From: Camelus ferus
Taxonomy: Eukaryota
DNA: 64,000 nt
Reading direction: 5' to 3'
NCBI RefSeq assembly: GCF_009834535.1
Contig: NC_045696.1
Coordinates: 72,294,001-72,358,000, forward strand
The position numbers and the translations under genes were made by a program. The notes under the pieces are model-generated. The model was not told the origin of the DNA. It saw only the letters and a list, made by a program, of their open reading frames with translations, and did no database searches. Every line of letters starts with the position of its first letter. Position 1 is the first letter of the stretch. Shown here piece after piece: positions 23,821 to 34,724 of the stretch.

Positions 23821-24504
23821 GTATTAAAAATAAAAAAATTAAGATGATAATGGGAAATATTACATAGTTCCTTTTAGTTAAAAACTTCCAAGTGAAAAAT
23901 AAAGTTCAAAGGTTGTCTTTGTGATAGATATACATTTCCCCCCGACAACTGATAGTTATCTATAAACACACACATTTCTCCTACAAACTGTTTTTTGTTA
24001 ACATGGGTTTTGTGTGATGAGAATATAAACAATTTCCAAAAAATTGAGGTTAAATTTTACATGCAGTTAACTGTACAGGTCTTAAGTATAATAGTCAATG
24101 AATTTTGATAAATGTATTCACCTATGTGTCCACTACTCTAATTAAGGATATTTCCATTATTCCAGAAAATTATCTAATGTCACAGTTTGAAGTATGTAGC
24201 CTGTATTTGACTATAAGAATAATTGCAGTCTGAAATTATTCATGCCAATATGTTACAAATATAGGTCTCATGAATACATTTTACCAGTATCTTAACCAAA
24301 CAAGTCATTTTCTTTAACATCTGCTAGCAGTTAAATATTGTTCATTGCCCATGGGCTTATCAGCAGTGCCAAAATCATTTGGGGAAAACTTTACTCCTAA
24401 GGTAGCAAAGGCTTACTGATTTATTTAACAACAAGCTAATTATAATAGCTTCTTATAATTAGCTGAAGGCAGGAGGTTTTGTTTCATTTACATCAAACAT
24501 GTCC

Positions 24505-24590
24505 ATCATCAGTATCTTTTGGGTCCAGAAAGCAATCTCAGTTTTCCTATTGAAATGAACCAATGCCACCTGAAGAGACATGGACTGAAG
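24505..24590 (-). pseudogene. Fossil fragment: end of protease domain
   Basis: FSPCLFRWHWFISIGK/DCFLDPKD (one frameshift) resembles ADAMTS1 [25 protein letters not shown]. It resumes just beyond the L2 insertion. Confidence 0.65.
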
Positions 24591-24611
24591 CAAAACTGCA
24601 CAGATTTTATT

Positions 24612-26140
24612 TTCATTCATTCAATAGATTAACCTCTCATTATGTTCCAGGAATTGTGAAGTACTGGGGGTTACAGCAAAGATCAAAACAGAAGAAAATC
24701 TCTCTCCTCACTAAGAAAAGTGACCGAAAAAAGCGCCACCCTAAATGAATCCAGTAATATAATGTTAAGTAATGAAAAAAATAATAAAAATAAACAAGGT
24801 AGGTGGCTAGCGAAAGATGGGGATGAGTGTGACAGTTTTATTTCAGTTCTATCATGGAAAGGCTCTCTGAAAAAGTGACATTTAAGTAGAGGTCTGAGAA
24901 AAATGAAGACATGGGACCATGCAGGTTTCTGGGAACTGCAAATATATAGGCTCTGAGGTGAAAATGTGCTTGAAGCTTCTAAGAATAGCAAGGTGATGGG
25001 AATGGATGAGGAAGAGGCAAAGATGCCGGAGAAAAAAGATGGGTTAGATCATCAGATTTTATAGGATATAAAGGCCCTGGTGAAAACTTTGGAATTGGGA
25101 TTTTGGGAATTATATGGAGTCTTTTTTTTTTAAACCAAAAGTGAGTGAGTCTTATTCTGGAAGTATCTTGGCTACCTCAAAATGATAAAACTAAAAAGTT
25201 TTCCATCATTTACAGAAATGGGGTTTCAAACACTAAAGTTGATTACAGAAATATAAATAAAATTACATTTCTGCATGAGTTTTTAAAATAAACTCTTATT
25301 TAGGAATAATTTTAGATTTACAGAAAAGTTGCAAAGATATTACAGAGAGTTGCTGTATATCTCTTATCTAGTTTCCCTTATTGCAAACACCTTAAATTAC
25401 AGTGGTTCATAGGTCAAGACTAGGAAATTGACATTGGTATATTACTATTAACTAAATGCCAGATTTTATTAGTTTTTCTGTTACTGTCCTCTTTCTGTTC
25501 TAGGATTTAATCCATGGTAAGACATTGCATTTAATTGTCATTATCTCCCCAGTCATTGTTGGTCTGTGACAGTTTCGCAGTCTTTCCTTATTTTTCATGA
25601 CTGTGTCTTAAAGAGTACTGATCAGGTATCCAATAGAATGTTCTTCAATCTGGGTTAGTCTGTTGTTTTCCTTATGATTAGACCAGGGTTATGGGTTTTT
25701 TGAAAGTGTACCACAGATGTGAAATGTCCTTCTCATCATGTCATATCAAAGGGTACCAGACTGACCTCACTGGTGATGTTAACCTGCGTTATTTAGTTAA
25801 GGTAGGTTTGCCAGGTCTCTTTACCATAAAGTTACTATTTTCTCCTTTCCTACTCAATTCTTTGGAATCTAGCTCACCCTCAGGGAAACTGGGCTGGTGG
25901 GAATTAAGCTTCTTTGGAGTGTTTTTTGTTTTTTTTATTCGGAGTGTTTTAAGCAGAGGAATAACACAATTGTATTCATGCTTTAAAAGGGTCACTCTGT
26001 AGAGAACAGACTGCAGGGGGCATGAGCAGAAGCAGATGAGGCAGCATCCAGGTGAAAGATGGCGGCCTGGACTAGGGTGAGAGTTGTGAAATGATGAGAG
26101 TGCTGGATACCTGAGTATATCTAGGAGCTACTGCCTACAG
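24612..26140 (+). mobile_element. L2 remnant with a nested L1MB/MC fragment (~25283-25865), interrupting the protease domain
   Basis: Starts ttcattcattcaa; contains gaaaggctctctgaaaaagtgacattt and ttttaaaagggtcactctg-like L2 motifs; internal antisense L1 3' UTR. Confidence 0.75.
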
Positions 26141-26222
26141 GTCTTATGTTGCCTTTCTGCCTTCATTGCCATGATGCTAATGATGGATATTATCTTGTTT
26201 TTACTAATTATATCATCACTTC
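26139..26222 (-). pseudogene. Fossil fragment: third zinc-ligand position and Met-turn
   Basis: GSDD...SIMAMKAERQHKT resembles ADAMTS2 GMEHD...GSIMAP. It is cut off by an L2 fragment. Confidence 0.55.
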
Positions 26223-26453
26223 CTGGAAGGACAGTACTCTCCTTTTATAGTTGTGAGGTATTATAATTATTGTTGATTTATTTGTTTGCATTCTCAAAAT
26301 AAACCTAACTGGTTCTTTTAGCCAAGCTACAAATGTCACAGACTTTAAAGAGAGAGAAGGATTAGCATACACAATTACAGTAATTTAGGCTAGGGAGGCT
26401 AATTTCTTCAAAACCTCTTATGTACTAGGCCCCATCTCAGGTGCTTTATATTT

Positions 26454-27197
26454 GTTGTGAGTATGAGTTTCAAGGCCCACAAAAATGCAAGAATATAACT
26501 TTATTTTTCTATAAGTGAGCTTAAATTTTAAACTTTTTTTTATGGAGAAAACTTAGTCCAGCTATAGCTATGTCAACTCAGTTCCTTCAGTGATTACATT
26601 GGCCCTTTCATATTTAAACCCATGCAAATCTGGACTTCCCTTTTCTTTCTGATACTGATCCTCAAAACTGCAGAGATTTGTGAATATGCTGCTGTGTAAA
26701 TGGAAGAGAGGATAGTATATATTTCTTGACCTTGATCTGTTGAGATCTTGCTCCAGTGAGATATAGCTGCTTGGTTTATTCTTTGGGCCTGTCCATCTCC
26801 ACACTAGCAATCTCCTAAGAAATAAATGTATTCTCATTTAGCTCCCCCGAGGGATTGTACATATTGCGTCTTTCCTGCAGTGTCACCTAATTCAGCCTTG
26901 AGACCTCTTGTAGGTTTACCAGCAGACCCTCTCAGAACAAGTGGGATTTAAGTCCCCTCTCTTCAGGGATCCTCAAACCTACACCTCCCTCCCCTAGCAG
27001 TGCCTCTTCTTCTTGGGAGTTGGCATAAAGGTGCAGGATCTTGGCCTCTAAATCAGCATCTAATTTGTTCTCTTCAATTCTCCTAGCTTATAGATGGTTT
27101 TTGTTTCTGAAGGACTTAGAGGCAGAAGTGGAGGAACTAGAAAGGGGACCCACTCAGTCTGTAATCTTCCTAAATCTATTGTTTTTAGGATCTAGGT
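26454..27197 (-). pseudogene. Fossil exon: rest of prodomain, furin-like site, and N-terminal protease domain up to the zinc motif
   Basis: Acceptor ttttatttttccaaag, then T*ILKTIDLGRLQTEWVP...TIYK (cf. xGxIxTxDxxYxIEP...HxIYK), PKKKR/SLKR, EGLLV, NMYNPS, RIHLFLRRLLVW, TNLCSFEDQYQK, YERANVIT, IAGLSFL and AF-x-VGLETHTHN (cf. AFVVAHETGH). Confidence 0.7.
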
Positions 27198-28033
27198 CTT
27201 TGGAAAAATAAAATCAAGAATTTACTTATTTTGTGTGCACTAGGCAGTGATAAATGGAAGGCTGCATTAGAGGATGGGGTATGGTAGAGGCCAGGGTCTA
27301 ATTTTAGGAGTTGGATCAAAAAATGCAGGAGTGGAAAGTTGACTGGCAGGACAATGCATGGGCTAACACTTCATATATCACTGCCACATGATGATTTCAT
27401 TTGCTCTTTGTATTGGTTCTATGAGTTTCATCTTCTTATTGCCATTATGCAAATGAGAACGTTAATTAAGAGAAGTTAAAAAAATTGTCCAAGTCTGTAC
27501 AGATAGTATGTGTTGGTAGAACCAGGGATCAAAACCAGATCTGTTCTGACACTGAAGCCCATGTTTCATCCATTACAGCTCATAGTCAAACTCATATACT
27601 ATCATTTTCCTTCCATGTGAATGACCCAAAGCATTCTAGGGAAAGCAATGAATGGGCATGGGCTGTGGGTAGGAACTGTTGAGGGCACCGACCTGGTAAG
27701 TAGGTGTCTAACATTTCACTTTTTTTTCCCCAAATGTTAACCTTCTACCAATAAGTATTGAGTGTCCATAATGTGGTGCAGGAGTACAACAGCAAACAAG
27801 GCAGTTCTTATTCTTAACGAACCTAGAGCCAGGGATAGGAGAGAGACAAGTCAAAAGATACTTAAAATACAGCATTATGAAGTGTTACTAACAAAATAAG
27901 AGACCCAGGAGGAACCCTAACTCTAACCTGGAGGATCTGCAAAAGCTTCCTAGAAAAGGTAGGATTTAAAGCATAGAGTTTACAGAGGATATGGGATGTG
28001 GGGTGGTGGAGGGTGAAATGTGATGCCCATTAC

Positions 28034-28440
28034 AAACCTCCCAGGTCTTTTTGTAAGTGATGTCCTCCTCCTACTCCTTCAAAGCAGGGTGAACTGAACT
28101 CCAGCTGAGGCAGGGGCAAGGGAGGCCATCTATTCTTGGGCCCACCTGCTAAGACAATGAAATCTTTTTGTCCATAACCAAAGGTCAGCTGTCTCTTGTG
28201 CCCACTCAAACTATCCTCCAACGAATGCTGTGTCCTCTGTACCACTACTTCTTACTGATTGCCTCTGAAAACGTTTCCACTGTTCAGCATCCAGCCTGTT
28301 CACCTTCTAGCCCATGGAGTTCTTTTCACCGCCTCTTCTCCCCTCTGGCCTGGACTAGGCTACACTTGTGAGGTAAACACCACCAGGGCAATCAAGTGCC
28401 GCAGAAAAACAGCAGCAAGATGCAAAGCAAACTACACCAT
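28034..28440 (-). pseudogene. Fossil exon: signal peptide plus first half of ADAMTS prodomain
   Basis: ATG at 28440 reads MV*FALHLAAVFLRHLIALVVFTSQV; the alternative frame KKWCSLLCILLLFFCGT is also signal-like. Then EVVVQR...RQLTFGYGQKDFIVL...PCFEGVGG...LGGL followed by GTAATG. ADAMTS prodomain exons commonly end at 'C-x-G-L|'. Confidence 0.65.
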
Positions 28441-30030
28441 TTCTTCCTTTCCAGATTCAGAGACCCCAGGGAGAGCTGAGGGGAGGATGCTGCTGGAGAC
28501 TGCTTATTCTTACTTGAACAGGCAGTGTTTAAAAGAAAGAAAAGACATGTACTTATTTTCAAAATTTGGCCTTTTCCCTCCATTCTCTCCCTGCTACAAG
28601 CTTCTATTCAGAGACTCATTTTCTCCCTCAGACATTTTAGCTTCTGAATTTATTTCACAAAAAGCATGACATAAGTTTTCTTTCTTATATATTTTTTGAG
28701 GTGACAGTGAATTTCCCCAACTTCCAGCATTTTCTGCCAGTTGCTTCAGCAGGGGAGCACAGAACACACTTTAGGAGCTACGGCTGCCAGAAGGAAGCCC
28801 AAGGGCCAGTGGCAGGATGGTGCCCTCAGGTGTTTAAGTGCTCTAGGGAGCGTTTTACCCCAAGACTTTATTGCTTCTGGGGAAGAACAGAGTGTGATCT
28901 GATGGCCTGCGTGCTGGGCTGGGCTTCAGGAAGGCAAGAGCCTGGTGCTGCTTTGGGGAGGGAGCCTGGAGTAAGTCTCTTTCATTTCTGTCTGTTTCTG
29001 GACACAGGATTTGAGCTAGCCACAGTTCCTTTGCTGCCTTCAGAAATATGGTGGGGAATCCCTGCCCTCCAACCTCCCACCTGCATACTTCCTGGAGGCT
29101 GTACTTTAAGTGACCTTAAGAAAACCCCAAACAGAAAATCAGAATTTGTGGAAGTGATGATGGGAGAGAAAGGAAGAGGATATTGAACATTCATGCTACC
29201 ACATTTGTTTTTTATATAACAACATTTAAATGATGATTTAATTTAAAAAACTAATGTGACATACATCTTCTTCATGAGCAGATACATGTAGTTGACAGGG
29301 GAAAGGAAATAGAATATATTGAGTGACCTTTGTCCTCTGTTACCTTGTTGAGTCTTCACAACAACTGTATATTGCAGATAGCATTATTCATTTTTGGTGT
29401 GAGGAAATTGAGGCAGAGAGGTCACATAATTAGCAAATTAAGTAGCTAAAATTAGACAAGCCAAGATTCCAACCTGAGGCTAAGACGGGTGCTGTGAACC
29501 TCAAGAGGGCCTCTGTTGTGAGTCAGGGTCCCCTGCTAGTATCCTGGCAGTCACTTCCCTCCTCAGAGTCTGAATCTCAGGAGAATCTTGTCTTTCTGGC
29601 TTCACAGGGCTGTTGTGACAACCATGACCTCGAGACAACATGGGGAAGTGCTTGGTAAATGACAATACATTATACAAACACCAGAGGGAATCAGTATTAC
29701 TCCATTGTCATTGAGTGAGGCACACCTATTAATGAATTAATGAGCTATTCGACTGACGGACTTGCTGTGTAGTTTTGTCTCCTATAGCAGAATACTAACT
29801 GAGGCCTCTTGTCACCTGGGCACATTCTCAACACTGGTTTGTTACACACTGATGTGAAGTGCAGGTCATATAATGGGCACTTAATGCCCATGAAGAGGGT
29901 GTGTGGGGTAATCCTTAAAAGCAGGGCTGCTGGAGCCAAATTGCCTGCCTCTACCACTTGCCAGCTTTGTGCCTCTGGCCAAATTAATTAATTTCTCTGT
30001 GTCTCAGTTTTCTTTCTTTTTTAAAAAAAA

Positions 30031-31600
30031 TTTTTAATTGAAGTATAGTCAGTTTATAATGTGTCAATTTCTGGTGTACAGCTTCATGTTTCAGTCATAC
30101 ATATACATATATACATATATTCCTTTTCATATTCTTTTTCATTATAGGTTACTACAAGGTATTGGATATAGTTCCCTGTGTTATACAGTAGAAACTTGCT
30201 TATTTTATATACAGTATTAGTATCTGCAAATCTGAAACTCCCAATTTATCCCTTCCCAACCCCTTCCCCCACCCCTCAGCAACCATAAGTTTGTTTTCTA
30301 TGTCTGTGAGTCTGTTTCTATTTTCTAAATAAGTTCATTTGTGTATTTTTTTTTTTTAGATTCCACTTATGAGTGATACATGGTATTTTTCTTTCTCTTT
30401 CTGGCTTACTTCACTTAAAATGACGATCTATGGGTCCACCCATGTTGTTGCAAATGGCATTATTTTATTCGTTTTTTATGGCTGAGTACTATTCCATTGT
30501 ATAAATATATTACACCTTCTTTATCCAGTCATCTGTCAGTGGACATTTAGATTGTTTCCATGTCTTGACTATTGTATATAGTGCTGCTATGAACATTGGG
30601 GTACATGTATCTTTTCAAATTAGAGTTCCCTCTGGATATATGCCCAGGGGTGGGATGGCTGGATCCCATAGGTAAGTCTATTTTTAGTTTTTTAAGGAAT
30701 CTTCACACTGTTTTCCACAATGGCTGCACCAAATTACATTCCCACCAACAGTGTAGGAGGGTTTCCTTTTCTCCACACCCTCTCCAGCATTTATCATTTG
30801 TGGACTTCTGAATGATGGACATCCTTACTGGTGTCAGGTGATACTTCATTGTAGTTTTGACTTGTATTTCTCTGATAATTAGTGATATTGAGCATTTTTT
30901 CATGTGCCGATTGGCCATTTGTATGTCTTCAATGGAGAATTGCTTGTTTAAGTCTTCTGCTCATTTTTGGATTGGGTTGTTTGTTTTTTGGTTATTAAGC
31001 TGTATAAGCTGTTTGTATATTCTGGAAATTAAGCCCTTGTCAGTCACATCATTTTCAAATATTTTCTTCCATTCCTTAGGTTGTCTTTTTGTTTTGTTTA
31101 TGGTTTTCCTTGCTGTACAAAAGCTTGTAAGTTTAATTAGGTCCCATTTTTGTTGTTGTTGTTGTTGTTTTTATTTCTATTGCCTAGGTAGACTGACCTA
31201 GGAGAACACTGCTAAGATTTATGTCAGAAAATGTTTTGCCTATGTTTTCTTCTAGGAGGGTTTATCATGTCTTGTCTTATTTTTAAGTCTTTAAGCCATT
31301 TTGAATTTATTTTTGTGTATGGTGTGAGGGAATGTTCTAACTTCACTGATTTACATGTGGCTGTCGAATTTTCCCAACACCACTTGCTGAAGAGACTGTC
31401 TTTTCTCCATTGTATGTTCTTGCCTCCTTTGTTGAAGATTAATTGACCATAAGTGTGTGGGTTTATTTCTGGGCTCTCTATTCTGTTTCATTGATCCATA
31501 TGTCTGTTTTTGTGCCAATACCATGATGTTTAGATTACTGTAGCTCTGTAGTATTGTCTGAAGTCTTAGAGGGTTATTCATTCTTTTTCTTCAGTATTGC
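30031..31600 (-). mobile_element. 5'-truncated camelid-like L1 (ORF2 C-terminus plus 3' UTR)
   Basis: [31 protein letters not shown]; same 3' UTR family as the L1 at 11015. Confidence 0.92.
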
Positions 31601-31606
31601 TTTTCT

Positions 31607-32265
31607 GGGCATTTTTAAATTGGGTTATTTATTTATTTTTGTTGTTGTTGAATTGTAGGGATTATTTATATATTTTGGATATTAACCTCTTATCAGATAT
31701 GTGATTTGAAAATATTTTCTGTCATTTTCAATAGGTTGCCTTTTTGTTTTGATGATGGTTTCCTTTGCTGTGCATAAGCTTTTTAGTTTGATGTAGTGTG
31801 ATTTATTTCTGCTTTTGTTTCCCTTGCCTTTGGGGTCAGACCCACAAGAACATTGCTAAGATCTATGTCAATGAGGTTACTGCCTACTGAGGTTTTCTTC
31901 TGTGGATTTTATGGTTTCAGGTCTTACCTTCAAGTCTTTAATCCATTTTGATTTAAATTTTGTGTATGGTGTAAGATAGTGGTCTAGTTTAATTTTTTTT
32001 GCATGTGGCTGTCCATTTTTCTTAACACCATTTATTGAAGAGAGTATCCTTTCTCTACTGTATATTCTTTGTTCCTTTGTCATAAATTAATTGTCCATAT
32101 ATGGGTGGATTTATTTCTGGGCTCTCAATTCTGTTCCATTGGTCTGTGTCTGTCTTTGTGCTAGTATGATACTGTTTTAATTACTATAGCTTTGTAGTAT
32201 AATTTGAACTCAGGGAGCATGATACTTCCAGCTTTGCTCTTCTTTCTCAAGATTGTTTTAGCCAT
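31607..32265 (-). mobile_element. Second L1 ORF2 fragment from a different or older subfamily
   Basis: [28 protein letters not shown]. Confidence 0.85.
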
Positions 32266-33959
32266 TTTTTTACATTTTTTTCTTTCTTATTTTTAACCTA
32301 CCACATCTGTATTCCTGATTCTTATTTCAGTCCCTCTATTCCAGTTATACCTTCTTCAGAAAAGATTGTTAACACTTCTTTCCTTGCCCTCCTCATTACA
32401 ATGTTTTTTTTCTCTGTCTTTCACTTAGTTACTTCTGACTTTTTCTCACTGATGGGGGACAAGGAAAGCATGTAACATTAAATTTTAAGATATCCCGGGA
32501 TCCCTTTTTAGTTAGTGCTTAGGAATTTTCCTAAAAAAAGTTTTCATACAAGCTTTTTATAGGCATCAAAATAGAGTTTTAGTGTTTTACAAGCAATTAA
32601 TTATAAGGTAAATTAGCTATTGGAAATTGTGTTCTCACAGACCTTTGGCTAGATTTCCTGTTACAGGTCTAAAGGTCCTGTTGCTCACCATACATTTAAT
32701 GATAATTACCTCTTGCAAATATCTGGAAGTAGCAAGTTGTGACTCTATCTGCTGTTTTCTAGTATGTCTTACCAAGATCTGCCTGCACCTTTCTCAGGAA
32801 GATGAATTTTGCATTTCAACAAATAAAACATGTAATGCTTCCTTGCAAGAAATTGTGCAGGCTTCTTTTTAGTACTACAACCAAAGACTAGAGGAGGGTC
32901 CATCCCCTGAACCCATCTCAAATGAATTAACATGCTATGATTGAACTTCTTTACTGCCAATCATTTCTGTCTAAAGAGAGGTCGAAAAGGGAGTCAGAAT
33001 GCCCCTCTCTTCTGAAGCAAAACCCCTTGTATATAAAATTCATTGTGTATGTTCCACAAAAAAAATGGTGATCCAGATCTATTTGGATATTTAATTTTTT
33101 AAAAAGGTAGAAACTAGTATTATAAGTGTAACATACTATCTCATTGTTTGAACTGGTATTTCTTTACTTATGAGTCTGAGTATTTCCCCATATATTTATT
33201 AGATCTGTATCTATATCTTAATACACATTTCAATATAAATATATATCATTTTGAATATTTTTCTATTAATGCCCTTTGCATTCTTTTCAACTGCTATGAT
33301 TATTTCCATATTGATTTATATGAACTCTTCATGTATTCAGACACTATCCAACTATCCCATATGTTTCAAACATTATCATTTTCCAGTGTATTTGCCTTTT
33401 GGTTTTGTTTCTTATATGGAAAATAAAACATGTATGTAGTTGAATCTTGATCTTTTAAAAATGTGTTTTTAAAATTATGTCTTATACTCACAGACATAGA
33501 GAACAAACTTATGGTTACCAGGGGGTTAAAGGGGTGGGAAGGGATAAATTGGGAATTTGAAATTGCACCTCTTTGGGAGTGATGGAAATATTAGCTATCT
33601 TGATTGTGGTGTATACATCTATCAAAATTCATCAAATTGTACATCTGAAATATATGTAGTTTACTGTACAGGAATCATACCATAATAAAGGTGTTACAAA
33701 ATTACATCTTGTTTTCCCTTTTTCTAACACATTAGAAAGAGAGAGAGATAGAAGTAATCCAGTGTTTCTAGTGAGTTAATAATCAGCCTCTAAATGTTAT
33801 TGAATCTGAGGTTTAGAAATCAATTATGTCTCATTTATTTATTTAGGAAAAAATCAAGTAGTGGGAGGAGGGGAGAAACAGAAATTGGCATTAATTCTGA
33901 AGAAAAGTGGCTGTGGGTATGCTCATTGAAGCTCCCCATTTTACCATGCAGAACGGAAA

Positions 33960-34330
33960 GGGATCTCAGGTGTCAGAGGTCATCTCTTTCACTCGCCTTA
34001 CCCAGTGCAGGAATCCAGCCAGTATGACTTCCACAATCTCTGTGACAGTGGCCAGGATAGCTCAACTCTTCCACTACAACTTCAAATGTCAGCCCGACAT
34101 ATCTTCCTTATGTTTTGCTGCAATTTGCCTGACCTTCCTTATGTTTTGCTGCAATTTGCCTGCCTGTAAGTTCCACACATCAAGTCTAGCTCTGCCCTTT
34201 TGAGCCACAGAGATAAAGTTGGTTTGGCTTGGAAAACTTCAACAATTCAGAGAAAGTTGATGTATCTGAGATGCCTCTTTTCCAGGACAAACACCTTGAG
34301 ATCCTTTCTCTGTTCCTCCTCCCACACAGT
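33960..34330. mobile_element. L3/CR1-like relic containing a 31-bp-period tandem duplication
   Basis: cctgtaagttccac...ctagctctgccctt...gagccacag resembles the L3 3' region. Confidence 0.5.
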
Positions 34331-34651
34331 GTTGAGACTCCCCGCTAGCCTGTCTGCCATCTCCTGGACACATCCCAGTGTTCGTCTATCTCCTTGCCTG
34401 TGGGAGCCCCATACTGAATGCAGAATTCTGTGTGAGCCCGATGGGGGCAGAACCAGTGCAAATATAACCTCCTGAGGTCTCTTCTCTCCACGCAGACCTG
34501 TGTCTGCTCATTTCCCTTTGCTACTTTTTGCTTTCCCAGCCACTGTCTCTGTCTCAGGAACCCTGAAGCTGGTGGCCTGGGCATCTGGTCTTGCCTTTAC
34601 TCCATTCTACCCTATGTGGAAGTTTGTTCGTTTTCATTGGTTGGGCTTGTT

Positions 34652-34724
34652 ATTTTTTTTTAAATTAAAAAAATTTTTTATTTTTTAACATTTTTTTATT
34701 GATTTATAATCATTTTACAATGTT
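34652..34724 (-). mobile_element. Extremely truncated young L1 (poly-A plus ~30 nt)
   Basis: ttttattgatttataatcattttacaatgtt flanked by a gggcttgtt duplication. Confidence 0.65.

Larger units (their letters stand above)
45..28440 (-). pseudogene. Ancient unitary pseudogene of an ADAMTS-type metalloprotease with many TSP1 repeats, a PLAC-like module and a C-terminal CUB array; probably continues past the left edge
   Basis: More than 12 separate minus-strand segments translate, through stops and frameshifts, to ADAMTS/TSR/CUB motifs in colinear order. Several start at polypyrimidine-AG acceptors. Manual motif matching only. Confidence 0.8.

Noticed and set aside
26590..27197. Alternative long frame (ENKLDADLEAKILHLY...VKKYILSS) as a KH-like or independent protein
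   Set aside because: Its stop density is near chance, and the other frames give ordered ADAMTS motifs.
9067..28440. Processed pseudogene of a known ADAMTS, or assignment of a specific gene symbol
   Set aside because: Splice-site-bounded introns are present and the architecture matches no known mammalian member, so no symbol is assigned.
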